DNA of 64,000 bases. It comes from Mytilus trossulus (lineage: Eukaryota). This document shows, one piece after another, positions 1 to 13,800 of this stretch. The stretch is from the NCBI RefSeq assembly GCF_036588685.1, contig NC_086376.1, forward strand, positions 86,159,630-86,223,629, given 5' to 3'. Under the pieces are notes generated by a model, which was given only the letters and a program-made list of their open reading frames with translations, did no database searches and was not told the origin of the DNA. A program made the translations under genes and the position numbers. Numbering within the stretch: position 1 is the first letter of the stretch; every line of letters begins with the position of its first letter.

Positions 1-1659
1 GAACATTTTTTTTTGTATTTCTAGACAATATACTAGTAGTTAAATCCGTATGTCGTTATAGTTGTCTTACGTAATATAACTATTATCATTGTATTATCCC
101 TATTGTAACACATGTCTCTCTGATGACATGAATAATTCAACCGATTCAACCTTTGTGGTCTGAATCCTTGACACATCATTTTTTCACAAACTCAGATTCA
201 ATAATTGATTTAAGTCTCACCACATACATTTACATACAACATGATTAAAACAAGACACAATTACAAAATTAATTATACATTAAAATCAAGTCAAAGCCTG
301 TAATTCAGTGGTTGTCGTTTTTTGATGCATATCATATAATAGAAAAACATAGGATGCATGTATGTATTAATTGTTAATGTAACCACCAAAAAAGTTGGTG
401 TCGTGCATATCGTAAATCGCTGTAGTATACCAAATCAAAACAAATCAAATCCTTTTCTTGGTGTAAAATCGAAATATTGGGTTATTACCAAGACACGCAT
501 GACAATTATAACAAACACACAATTATAGTTAAATCTATGCCAGAAACACACCTTATTCATACCGAAACAAAAGCAAAACATTTATTTTCAAGAAACGAAA
601 CATGGGTTGTAAGATATGTTAAATATTGTCAACCTTATTAAAAGAGTTAAAAGGTTGACTTCATTGGTAAGTAAACATATGATGTCTTCGTAATCATAAG
701 TAAAAAAAAGAAAGCAAAATACAGATAGAAAATTTGAGTTCATTCACACGATAAATGCCTCCTTTCACGAAATGTAAAAATAGTATAATAATTCAGCTCC
801 AGCTTAATGGTTGACCAAAAGATGTTATAACTTTTATATAATAATAAAAGTCCTTGGCAGGACATTACTTAGCAATGTACTTAGTATATGCGACACATTA
901 AGATGGTTTGTAATCGCCTTTTCTGAATGAAATGTTATGCCTTCGTAATGAACTCTTCAAGGCAATACAAGTTCTGTGTAGGATAAATGTCAAATACCAT
1001 TAACTGTCTTCCTGCATGCGCATTGACTGCTTTTACAACTTACAATCTGCTTAGGATTGGTATATTTAGAAGACACAATCAGAATTTGTATAAAAGGTCA
1101 TCAACCCTATAAGGCTATTGTTTTTTATGTTTTTAGAAAAGTCGTGCGTAATTGGTAGTTTATTTTTGGATTTTGTCTATAAAATTTTCATTGTTTGATA
1201 TTCGTTGGGTGCTGAGTAACAAAAAACCTGTCTTTTTATTTTGTAAATAACCATTTATTTATTATCTATTTCCGTAACACTTTTTTTAGTTGTGTCAAGG
1301 TTTTCGTCAAGGTTTTAAAATGAAAACAATATATACATGAAATACTACAAAACATTGAGTTAACATATCAATAATTGAACTTTGAAATCATTGATCAACA
1401 TTAATGTTGTACTGTTTGATCAGTACATTAATCCAATGAATCTTCAAAAAATGAATAAAAGGAGACAACAATAAAAAAGAATCAAATTAATTCAGCTAAA
1501 GATGGCTTTAAATTGTTGCTTGATTTTACGTCAAGGACGTACTTGCCCTGAAAGTGAACCAGGAAGTTTCAATGGTAATACAATCATCAAAAAGGATAAC
1601 ATGTTAGTTTTGGGTACAAATATTCACAATCAACAAAAATAATAGGATGATATATATAT

Positions 1660-2143
1660 ATAAGGAATGACTGTATTTTTTTTTTTTTTATGTCTATGAA
1701 GAAATAACATAAAATGAAACCTATCTTCTTCTCGCAATCTATTTCAAATGAACAAACTAACCAAATCTAGGCAATTTTCAACGACTCATAGCTTAAAAAA
1801 TAGCACGGTGACCAATACTTTTTATTATATCTTATATATCTATATAAAAAAAAAACATAGTAAAATCTTCATTTTGGCAAATTATAAGAAAATTCTGTCT
1901 CAAAAAACATTTACTTATTATCTACCTTAACAGTGTGCACCACATTTTTTTTCTCGAATAGACAGAAAAAATATTACAGTCATTTCTTATTATTTAATTA
2001 TAAATTCCAATTTTAAATCGTAGAAAACCATTAAAAAACGTTGATGACGTCACGGTCACATGACTTAATTAATGTAGTATATGGGCTGATAACAAAATAA
2101 CGTCAGCCAATCAGAAGACGCGTCGCATCCAAAATTAAATTAT
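1660..2143. mobile_element. Palindrome-ended element (Crypton-like architecture) with a nested TTAA-type MITE end (1716-1930)
   Basis: Arms ataaggaatgactgta...tgtctat / atagaca...tacagtcatttcttat, then a unique part with tgacgtca and gccaatcag. The insert ends in tctaccttaa. Confidence 0.55.
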
Positions 2144-2660
2144 ATAAACATAATAATAAGCATATGAGGTACGATTGTCGATCAGACTACAGGTTACCAA
2201 TACCCTATAGTGATCTACTATCTTTCGTCCCTATTTTGAAACAGTGACTCTACCGAGTCAGGAAAAAGATAGTTGTTCCCATTCGTTTGATGTGTTTGAG
2301 CTTTTTTATTTGTTCATTTGATAAGGGACTTTGCTGGCAGTTCAGTATTTTTGTTCTTTTACTATTTAAAAAACGGAAAACTAAACGGCTTAATTAATGC
2401 TAAAAACAGTTATTGCAGACGACAATTACAGGAATACACGATTCAGGATTGGGACTGGCACATCGATAATTTGGTGGTGGTCTGTGCGCTCAACACAGAA
2501 GGAAAATGCAAAATAAGATTGATATGAATGGAAGTCCCCTTGATCAAACATGTTCTACATAGGAAAAAATCGGATCTAAACACTTCTAAAAAACAAAATA
2601 AAATATGAAAAGGTATGAACGTTAAACTAATTTATAGATTTTAGCTCCGCCACGTCATAA

Positions 2661-2909
2661 ATTATGGTCATTTTTATAAATTTCCTGTTTACAAAATTTT
2701 GAATTTTACGAAAAGATTTTGTTATCCCAAGAAAAGATTACCTTAGCCATAGTTTGCACCACTTTTTTAGAATTTTGGATCGTCATTGCTCTTTAACTTT
2801 GTACTTGTTAAGCTTTATAAATATTTTGATTTGAGCTCACTGATGAGTCTTGTGTAGACGTTTTTCGCGTCTGGCATATTGAATTATAATCCTGGTATCT
2901 TTGATAACT
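2661..2909 (+). mobile_element. Hammerhead repeat copy, core inactivated
   Basis: CTGATGA at 2840-2846 and stem II are intact, but GAAA is replaced by GTTT. Confidence 0.78.
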
Positions 2910-3180
2910 GTTATATGAAAATCATTTACGAAAATTAAATAAGACAAATAGGCGAAATAAGAAATGTTCGAGAGCGGTCAATCCTCTTCTTTGCTGAAAA
3001 AAACAAAGCATAAGAACAAAATAAACTTGACTTTACTCAATAGAATGGCTAGAAGCACAAACAAACCCTAACATTAAAAACAGAACTCGCAGGTACTGAA
3101 AGCTGGTACACAATCGGAACAACTCGGCCTTTCTGGTTGCACGAAGAAATAACCTCGTATGCATTAGGCGGAGGAATCAT

Positions 3181-3360
3181 TGTCCGGAAAATTTTCCGAT
3201 TCGATTCAAAATTATATTTTTTCGACTGGACTGGTACATTTTTTTTACCACTACTGATTTAACTTGCTCCTGTCCGGAAAATTTTCCGATCCGATTGAAT
3301 TTTATATTTTTTCGACTGGAATGGTACAATTTTTTTACGATTACTTATTTACTTTGCTCC
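3181..3360. repeat. 90-bp tandem duplication
   Basis: Units 3181-3270 and 3271-3360; 11 mismatches, no indels. Confidence 0.9.
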
Positions 3361-4944
3361 TTCTTTCGCGCCAAAATATTTGGCAGAGTTAAAGTTCTTG
3401 ATTACTGTGATATGTAACCAAATTATAGCGCCACCTGGAGGATAGAACTTCTTTGTGTCGCGGATCACTACAATTCCGGCCAACAATTCAAGAAGAATTT
3501 CTCCGTAGTGCAGTACAAAGACGATTACAACGAATAAATTAATAAATCATGTTCTTTAAGACTTTAAAAGTATCGATCACTACACGTTCTTCTGATTTAG
3601 TGAAATTACGTCATAAACAGGATGAGAAATGCATGACCGTGTTTAATACTAAAATAGTACACACAGAAATCAAGAAACTCTCCAATTGAAAGTTGTTAAT
3701 GAAAATAACACTTTATTAATGTTATATGATCGAGACTCTTTTCTGGATAGGTCTTCTGGATCCTCAGACATAATCATTTTATAATTATAAGGATATATAA
3801 AATACGCAAAAACGCTAGGAGCTTTATGACAAAAAAGACCAAAAAAGAATAACCAAAACTCGTCTTCGATCAATTTTGCCTAAGGGAGATGGAAGTTTAG
3901 GTTTTTCATAATTTTTAAATTAGTTGTTGCTTTCAGCAATAAATCATATGAGAACATCGGAAAAAAAAATTCTTCGACAAATTGTTAATTAAATGTTTCT
4001 TGTTAAGAACGTCTAAGGAAACGGAAAAGCCAGTGCCACAACGAATGCGTCAAATATATCGTCTTGCTGTTTTCTATAAAAGAGAGCTAACTAAATATTG
4101 ATCTGAAATACTTTTAACTTGATACGACTCTGACTTAATGATTGAAATTGAAAAGTAAAAAAAAAATAACACATGTCATCTATAATACTTCTAAAGGAAG
4201 AGACCGATTTAATTGAACCGTTTCTCTTCTGAAACTACACAAAGTCGGAAATATGTGTGATGTTACGTATAAATGTTGTGTTAATTTGTCCTTTAATCAA
4301 CCTTTTGTCTACAGAAAAGACCAATTTTGGAGAGAAAAAAACAACCCAATTCGGAGACCGTTATCGCGCATGCTCATTCGATGTAATGATGCGAAATGTA
4401 AAAACTCTTTGTTTCAACTGTTCAACACTTGCCCAATTGTACTGCGATTTGTCGGGCATCTTTTATGACTTAAAAAACCAACACCATTCAAATAAAATGT
4501 AACACGTATTATTTTCTTTCTATCGAAGAAAATGTTAAATTGTATGTCTTTTCTGAAAGTTTGCATTTAACATTAAATTAGCAAAACTGTCATAAACCCA
4601 AAGGGAAACCAAAACGGAAAGTCTTTTATCAAATGTCAAATTCAAAGGCTCAAACACATCAAACGAATGGAAAACAACTGTCATATTCCTAACTTGAAAC
4701 AGGCATATTTTTTTTTAAAGAAAATGGTGGATGAAACATTTGTATGTTTTGCTAGAATTGACTTCACAATCCGAAACGAATCACATTTTCCTGTCTTAAA
4801 AAAAACCTGGATCCATATTCAATTTAGATAAAAATTTGATGAAAATAGGTGCATATAAGTGTTTTTCCTGCTCAGTTTTCTGACAAGTACTTTTAAACTT
4901 AAATGTAATCAACAGATTCATCATATTTTCTTTTAAAACAAACA

Positions 4945-5206
4945 CTTGCACCTGTCCAAAGTCATGAATCTGATGTACAGTAGTTGTTGTCTGTTTATGT
5001 AGTTCAAACGTGTTTCTCGTTTCTCGTTTTTATATAGATTTGGCCGTTGGTTTTCCCGTTTATAGTAAATCCCTTTATAGCTTGGTGTTCGGTGTGAGCC
5101 AAGGATCCGTGTTGAAGGTCGAACCTTGACCTATAATGGTTTACTTTTATAAATTGTTACTTGGATGGAGAGTTGTCTCATTGGCACTTATACCACTTCT
5201 TCCTAT
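4945..5206 (+). repeat. Repeat family C copy
   Basis: Begins at gcacctgtccaaagtcatga (P4/L4 remnant). Shares the 3' end with 12455-12602 and 18128-18415. Confidence 0.7.
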
Positions 5207-5659
5207 AGCTATTCAGTGTTATTTCACGGTCATATATTAAATGGTACCCAAGGGGAAAATATCTTGATGGAACTAGTTTTAAAATAGAAACATTATAATT
5301 CAAGTTATATACTAGAACAAATGTACTATGAACTTGACAATTGAAATTGAATTTCCATAAAAAAAATATCAGGCATGCTGTCAAAGCTGGTCTGACAGGT
5401 TAAACAGTGTTTTAGATTTGGTATGGTTCCTTGACCTATAATGAAATTGAGAATGGAAATGGGGAATGTGTCGAAGAGACAAGCACCCGACCATAGGTTC
5501 ACTTTTATAACTGGTTACTTGAAAGCAGACTTGTCTCATTAGCACTCATACCACATCTTTCTATATCTAAAGAGAACATTAGTCACAACATTTTATTGTA
5601 CTTTTTTTTAAACAAAGTGTTCAAGTCGTACATGCATCTGTCATCAAAAACACTCTTTT

Positions 5660-5782
5660 TACAACTTTGTATTTGTTTGGCTTTTATACTTTTTTGATCT
5701 GAGCGTCACTGATAAGTCTTATGTAGACGAAACGCGCGTCTGGCGTATTAAATTATTATAATCCTGGTACCTTTGATAACTA
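5660..5782 (+). mobile_element. Hammerhead repeat copy with a single core mutation
   Basis: gcgtca CTGATAA gtct tatgt agac GAAA cgcgcg TC tggcgt. G8 is changed to A; stem I is fully paired. Confidence 0.8.
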
Positions 5783-7755
5783 TTTTTACAGATTGTTCGA
5801 AAACTATAAAATGTTTTAAATCCTAACTTTTGATAGGAGACGATACAGACTTATTATATATATAACGTAATTAATATTTTTTTGCTTTTTATTCTGTTTA
5901 TTAGTTCAAATCTTCAGGCACTACAAAAAAATTGTAGGACAAGTATAACTTATTTTAAATTTTCGAAGTATAGAGACTGTTTACACGGCCAAAAATGAAG
6001 GCAGATATTTTACCAAAAAATTGAATAATTACAATTTTCTAAGTCCAAGAACCATACTTCCGCTAAAAGTCCGTTAATGCTGCACGGAACACCAACATCA
6101 TTATACACCAATGTACCAAAACATCAGAACAATAAATGAAGGTGAAAAAAGTTCAAGACAACTGTTTGATTTCAAAATAACAGACATGTGTAACATTTAA
6201 TTTATATGTAAAGGATTGACATGCATAAAATCACTTATTTTAAAGTAAGTTACGATATCCAGTCGAAGTATTTATTTATCGTAGGACATGTAGAAAAATC
6301 AGTCCGTTCAAAACAAATCTTAATTTAAGTAATTTTATGCATATCAGCCCTTATCTTAGTGGCTAGTTATGAAAAAGGGAAAGTTAAATAAAATAGAGTA
6401 TTCCCTCAATTGGACGTCTTAGCAGTAGAAAGTCGCTAAGAAATGTAAAGGAAGTTTTGGAACATCGGATCCCTCGTTAGATTTGAAATGGTTCTGTTAC
6501 GTATTCAGCATTTTAATTTCATAACATACAGGAATACATGTACGTGACTGATTGCACATATGAACAGGATACACCTACAGCAAACTGTAAAAAACTTAAT
6601 TTGTGATGCTTCAAAGCTAAATAAATGCATTCTTTCAAATGATAATTTACTACAACATGAATATTTTGTTTTTGGTATTAAAAGATCAACAGATGAAACT
6701 ATTGCACATTGTTTCCAATTTGACGTTATGTTTGACGACATGCAAATTTACGGCAGCTTGTTTAACTATCTGATACAAGTATTGTAAAAAAAGTAATAAG
6801 AGAATGTATAATTGCATTATATAGGCGAAAACGCTATCAATGTATCAGGTGTACTTTTAGAAACCTTGTAATGTAATTAAAACTGTTCCAATTATAACAA
6901 ACTGATTTATGTAGCACGATATGTTTCCTAATTCACCTTCAGATCAACTTAGATCAGCCATAAAGGTAAAGCATGAAATGATAGATATGTGTTAGTTAAA
7001 ATTTTCCTGTATATCCATCACAGTGCGCGTCACTTCCGTTAATTACAGAATTACTTAATACATTTTTACTCCTACACGTATAATTGAAGAACCTCCTTCT
7101 GAAAATTACATTTCAATAAATTTATATTATACAGACTTATATTTGCGGACGGACAAATTAGTTCTAAACGAGTTCAGAAGGTACAATTTTAACCCCATGC
7201 ATGTCTTGGTTAAAGATGCTGGGGACGTCTTTTGGAAATAACAACATACTTTAACTGAGATGTAGACACAGTAGATATTTGGCGGCCCAAATACTATGTT
7301 TAAAAATTTAAACCGTATGCACGTTTTAAATCGGTACCGATTTAATCTTAAATTATTATATTTCATTAGAGTTATTTGAAAATCGGACGGGTAAAAAGAA
7401 TGCATTAGTCTAATATTTCCATATTGTAAAATGTAGACTGCAATTTACTGTAATTTTATAAAATAACTCCAATCATTTCAAAATATTCACGGAGGGATCT
7501 GCAGACAGAGGAGTAAACACAATGAGAAATGTAAACGGTTGGTAACTAAAAGCTTGATAAAATTTCCATAGAGCATAATCCACCGTATGAAATCGAATCC
7601 AAACTTTAGTTACGAATTGCACTGAAAAAAACCCAGTTGCATCGAGTTGGATGTTGAAAGTTAGAATAATTTGTGGGAAATGCTTATCATATAGCATTTT
7701 TAATTTTGCTTTGAATATTGTTCTTACCAATAACATATAGATATACAATAGAAAT

Positions 7756-8077
7756 GTATAGGGGGAGGGTTGAGATCTCACAAACATGTTTAACCCCGCC
7801 GCATTTTTGCGCCTGTCCCAAGTCAGGAGCCTCTGGCCTTTGTTAGTCTTGTATTATTTAAATTTTAGTTTCTTGTGTACAATTTGGAAATTAGTATGGC
7901 GTTCATTATCACTGAACTAGTATATATTTGTTTAGGGGCCAGCTGAAGGACGCCTCCGGGTGCGGGAATTTCTCGCTACATTGAAGACCTGTTGGTGACC
8001 TTCTGCTGTTGTGTTTTTTTATTTTGGTCGGGTTGTTGTCTCTTTGACACATTCCCCATTTCCATTCTCAATTTTAT
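7756..8077 (+). mobile_element. Young 3' fragment of the Penelope-like element with twister core (P5 5' strand truncated)
   Basis: Homologous to 20567-20885. Contains GGGGGAGGG...TAACCCCGCC...GCCTGTCCCAAGTCAGG and ends in ccccatttccattctcaatttta. Confidence 0.85.
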
Positions 8078-9143
8078 TTTTTGTGTTTAGTTTTGAGACA
8101 ATGTCATTAATTTGATTTAAACGACGTCATGATCTTTTTAAAGAATAATTCTATTTCAATTTTAGAATCAGTCATGTTTATAGATCATAATGCTACACAT
8201 TATTATAAAAAATATCATTAAAAAAAATATATTTGGGAATGTTATTCGTCCCAAAGGAAACAAAAGGCTTATACAATGTTCGATATTATGCCCTGGAAAG
8301 TACACCCTTTAGATTAAAGGTATATTTATTACAGAAGTATGTTGAGAAACCCAAAGTACACGTAAATTCTTAAAATGAATATTATCCATTTCTATTATTT
8401 AAGCACCTAATAATATTGATGCACCCTCATAAGAGATAGCTAATCTTACTTGATATAGCCAGTTATTTTCTCATGTAACAATAATCCCTTTGAAATCAGT
8501 ATAAAATAATTGCAGTAAAGGTATCACAACTCTCTTTGGCTAGACTGTATATGAGATGTGTAAATACTAATTACAGAATAATATATCAAATATCATCACA
8601 ATTTCTGTAAAGAAGACGGAAAACGGAACAATAACGTGACCAAAGCATTATATTTATGTTAGTCAAAGTGTTTGGTACCCCCTTAAGAAATAAGTCTCAT
8701 AAATGTTGTATTACAATTTCGATTATTTATTTATGTCTAAAGAGTCTTAATCATGTTAACATCGGATGATCGTAAATTCTGGTGGATGATCAAAGGCACT
8801 AGTCTCGGAAAAAATCATGTCTCTATACTTATAAGCTCGGTTAAGGTACATTTTATAAGATTATTATATTGTAGTGATGTAACCATGTGTTATCAGTACA
8901 ATATGGTTTGTTGTTATATATATAGTAGATTATTTTTTGTTTAACAGTTATTTATTTTTATATTTGGATTTGTAATTAATATCTATGTATATATTTCTCA
9001 CGATAAAACATTTTCATATCCTTTAACACATGGCATGAGTAAAATCTCTTTGTTCTTACTGTGGTATAATCTGAATAATGCACAGCTAAGGTGTGCATTA
9101 ACTACCTCAGATATACTGCACAGTTCAAATCTATTTTTACCTT

Positions 9144-9321
9144 TAGGGGCGGTTCCTAGATTTTGAAGGGGCGTTATTCTACAGAATTAAAAAAGACATC
9201 GCCGAGTGTAGCGAGACCAAGAACAATATTGACAATATTGAGCTAAAACACAATACTTTGTCCAATACTAGGGTGACGACATGTTAGCCCCCCCCCCCCC
9301 CCCCCCCGAATCAACCATCTG
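9144..9321. mobile_element. Degenerate short MITE (hAT-like) with a C20 run
   Basis: taggggcggttcc ... (C)20 gaatcaaccatctg imperfect termini. No clear TSD. Confidence 0.4.
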
Positions 9322-10191
9322 CCTTGAAATTACAACAAACATCGTAGTTTCAAAATAGGAAAAATGAAAGGTTTCTTATTCCTTTTTTTTTCATCTTAGC
9401 TTGAACATGAAATGTATTATCATACTTTGTGTACAAGATAAATCTTAATTCAGTGTTTTAAATTCAGAAAGATAGTTTATAACAGATTTTTTTGTAATTT
9501 CGGCCAAAAAAGAAATGTATCTAAGAATATCCGAATTAAAGAATTCTGATTTGGATTATCTTTAGACTAAATCGAAATTATAACGACTTTTTGAATATCT
9601 ATTCCCCATATTATTGGATCGAATTTAAAGGGGTCATGTTAACGGTTTCTTTTAAAACAGGGAGATTAGCTGGAGATTAAACAGACTTCATTTAGATGGA
9701 CGTGTTTTAAAAAAGTAATACAGTAAATACAAAATTTCGGGGAGGGGGAGTAAAAGATTGGAAAGAGAAACGTATTTTCTGCTTATTCAACATTTAAAGT
9801 TTAGGTAATCTTCCTCCGTTTTATATCTTTCTCTTTTTAAGCATATTATTGAGGGAAAGAAATTCAAAAGCTCAATAATCCTTTCAGTTATGTTTTTTTT
9901 TCATACAATAATTTGAAAGTACACAATTTGTCAAAGTCTTAATCGTCATTTATTACATAAAAAATGGGAATAGATTTAACAGAAACATTAAAAAAAAATC
10001 TACCATCAAATCGCAATTTTACAGTAGGTCTAAACCAAAAAAAAAGTTATCAATTAAAAACTTCCCCAAGTCGTATTTACCCCTTTCTTTACCCTACGAG
10101 TCTACAAGGAACTTTCATAGGATCCGTGGATTGCGGAACATCGTCCACATCTAAAACGTTCTCGTAAATTAATGACGTCATGTGTTAAAAC

Positions 10192-10340
10192 AGTTATTGG
10201 CCAATCAAATCGGTATGTAGAGGTTAATCTGCACGCTCAAGGTGACCCTCTAAACCGAACTCCTTCGTCGTTCGGGTTAATAAGGGTCACCTGAGCTGTG
10301 CAGATTAACTTCTATATACCGACTTGCTTGGTCAATAACT
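10192..10340. repeat. ~150-bp imperfect palindrome
   Basis: agttattggccaa...gttaatctgcac...ggtgaccct / agggtcacc...gtgcagattaac...ttggtcaataact; centre ccttcg. Confidence 0.8.
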
Positions 10341-10600
10341 ATAACTTATCTATGATCTTAAAAGATGTTTTCGCGAATTTTTATTAATGAAATTAATATG
10401 ATATTTTGCACTCGATAATATCCACGTAATTATACGATTAACACTATGCGATGGGTGCTGTAAAATGCAAAATCCGTGTGAAAATTACTGAGACACTATA
10501 ATGAAATTTCAGGAGCATCCGCTTTAAAAAGATAAGAATCAGGAACGTCCATCAAAAGAAGATCTAAACTCCGGTAGGTAAAAAGACTTTAAATGCAGTG

Positions 10601-10856
10601 CCTGGGGTTAAAGTCATAAATCTTTGCTCAGTGCTTGGATCACAAAAATCATGCTCAAAACATGAAATCCAGCATTTTGATTGGTTGATTTTCGAGTACG
10701 AGTTAAAAAAACTGACTCGGAAGTTTTATGACTGCATGGCCTGGCTTCACGGTCATAAAACTTTCGAGCATGATTTTTGTACTCAGATTCGAAAATCAAC
10801 CAATCAAATTGCTGGCTTTCATGTTTCGAGCATGATTTTTGTGCTCAGAGCACTAA
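10601..10856. mobile_element. Two adjacent inverted copies of a ~140-bp MITE forming a hairpin
   Basis: 10630-10741 is the imperfect reverse complement of 10742-10854. Unit ends resemble gtcataaa...ttttatgac and meet at ggcctggc. Confidence 0.7.
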
Positions 10857-13800
10857 CCAGATGTTGAGAGAGAGCAACATTTTCTGAATATGAAATGAAA
10901 CATCCGAGTATTTTTTCGGGTAACTTTTAGGAGTTAACACAGGAGACAGGCAACAAGGCCAAAACAACGGTTTAATCAAAGTCATAATCAGATGGGTTTT
11001 TAATAGTGACAAAAATAATTACAATTCCTTTCTTCTGGCCATATAATATAAAATTCCTTAACGTGGTAAGGTTAAACATGTATACAATGGTCAAACTTCA
11101 CTTACACTCCTACTCCTCCCCAAATGAGTGTCTACTATTTTGAAAACGTCACTAAAAATTTAAGATTACCGATTTTCACTTAAAAGGGTACACGTTTCTA
11201 CTTAAAGATGCCTGTACAAGTCAGAGATATAACAATTGCTGTTCATTCATTTGATGTATTTGCGCTTTTGATTTTGTCATTCGATTAGGGACTTTTCGTT
11301 TTGACTTTTCCTCCGAGTTCACAATTTTTGTGATTTTACTTTCAACAGCTTACTATTAACGTAGATATATCGTGCCTGTGTCTATTTAAGATATTATCGA
11401 ATTTTTAAATCAAATGTCATGACAAATATACAGATATAGTTGAAAGAGAGGCAAAAGATACCAAACAGGACAATAAAACTCATAATTCGAAAATAAACTG
11501 ACAACGCCATGATGGCTAAAACAGAAAAGCCAAACAACCAACAGGAAACAAAACTCCACAAAGAAAATAAAAACCTGATCAACACGAACCCTACCAAAAC
11601 ATTAGGGGTAATCTATGATGCTCCGGCAGGGTATGTATCGTAGAGAATATTCACAGTTTGAAAAAAATATAATAATGCGTGCCCCTGTTCCTGTTGAAAT
11701 AAGTCTCATAGAAAATCATCATCGTCACGTGTACCACCAACATGTTAAATAAAGTATTACGAAAAGGGGAAATTTTCCTGCCTTCGTTAATGTCTATATA
11801 ATATGACAATTCGTGAATTAATAATTGATTTCCTCAATTAGCATGTAAAGATTGTATTATTTGAATCTGAAATCAATGAATACTAGGCACTGTACAATGA
11901 CAACAATGTTTGTCTTTCAAAACAATACTATTATCACCATTCTATTAACAAATGTTATTATGTGAAAATGAGTTTGAATAGCATATGCTAATTCATCACT
12001 AATTACTTTATGGTATGTCCTTGAAAGAAGTATATACATAATTGGAAAATAGAATGTACATTGTTGCTATTATGTGAGATTTGTTGTCTGGATTTTCGCT
12101 GCTGATAAATATATGTAATTATAGTAGAAACTTAATGCCCTTGATACAAACATACATGTGATAAGACAGTTTTGTTATATATCGTGATTCATTTTGGTTA
12201 TACAATGTCGTTATCCTTGTTTTTTGGTATTTAAAATTGTTTTTAAACGAGTTATTGTCATTTTTATTAATATCAGTTTTATACATCAGGGTCCTTTATC
12301 TTTTTTTTAATGTGTTTCTTAGGTTCTAACCATATTATGATGTTATTCTATACACGCCGGCAATTATCAATGCATAAAGTGGCTCAAATCTACAGTTTTA
12401 ATATTCGTTGACAAATTTTAGATTCCTTTAGTATATATGTGCATAGTAATTTTTAGGGCACTTTCTAGCCTGCTGTTCGATGAGAGCCAAGAATCCGTGT
12501 TGAAGGCCGTATACTTTGATCTATAATGGTTAACTTTTATATATTTTTATTTGGACGGAGAGATGTCTCATTGGCACTCATATCACATCTTCCTATATCT
12601 ATATACATTGGTTAGATAATTTCGATAACATTATAACATTAAGGTACTTGTTTCATATGACTTTAAGTAGAATTCCCCCTATTGTTGTATATTATCACTG
12701 GTCTACATGTTACATTGGAGTCGTATTGTTTCAGTTTTTCATGTTCAAATTTTAGTTAGTATCAACTACTTTCTATTTCTTACACTGTGAATGGATCCAA
12801 TGCTAGAGAAATTGACCATAACAGTCTGAGCGTTCATAACAAGGGTTATTCCGGAAGAACGGATTCGATTTTTATGGACAATGTTTTAATTACACTAATC
12901 TAGATATTAGGTTAAGCCAATTGAAGCAATCGAAAACCAATACTGTAAACTGAATTACAGATTGTTTACTATAATTACCAACATGTAATATTGTTCGTTT
13001 TTTATAAATATATTATGTCTTGTGTCATAATTTAACCAAACTATAGGATTTAACATTACTTAATTTTCGACAATTATTTTTTACAGGATAAGGTAATTTA
13101 TCAACTTTGGATACGGTTATGAGTTGCGATCTTTAACACCTTCATAAAAGAAGGCAAACGAGATGGTGATATTGATTTAAACACATGGAGCAGCGAGACC
13201 ACAGATCATTCATTCACAACTCTCGATGATATGTGTCTCATGTTAGTTGTGATTGGAATATAGATAACAACATCACACTGATGTAACTATAGGTAAGACA
13301 TTTTCTAAGTCAAATAATTATGCTTTTTAAAAAAAAAAAGAAAAAATAATTCATGGATATCAGAACTGATATTTTAATAATTAGAGAATAATTCTGCTTA
13401 GTTTTGAAACTTTGTAGATTGTTTAATATTCAACTTATTTATTTTATTATTTTTTGCTACGACTGTCACATCTATTATTTATAATTCATTTACATTTGAT
13501 TATCACAGCGTTTGACATATAGGAAAATTCATTAATTTTAGGATACGCCAAAGCCCTAATGATTTTTTTATGTAAGCAAGGATAGGCTTATATTGATATA
13601 GTTACAGATAAAATTCAAATTCAAATTACAATCAAAGTTTTTCGCGTCAGGTGAAGATGAAAATACACTTTATTTACAAAAATAAAAAAACAGCGGTCCT
13701 TTTTATATCATGAAAATCAAGAGCCATAGCATGAAAATCTCATGTCTTTTATGATTCAAATAGGAAAGAACTATTTATACGCTCTTCATCCTGTAGGCTG

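Noticed and set aside
9288-9307. Functional G-quadruplex at poly-C runs (also 57699-57714)
   Set aside because: Simple homopolymers (the first inside a MITE relic), with no further support.
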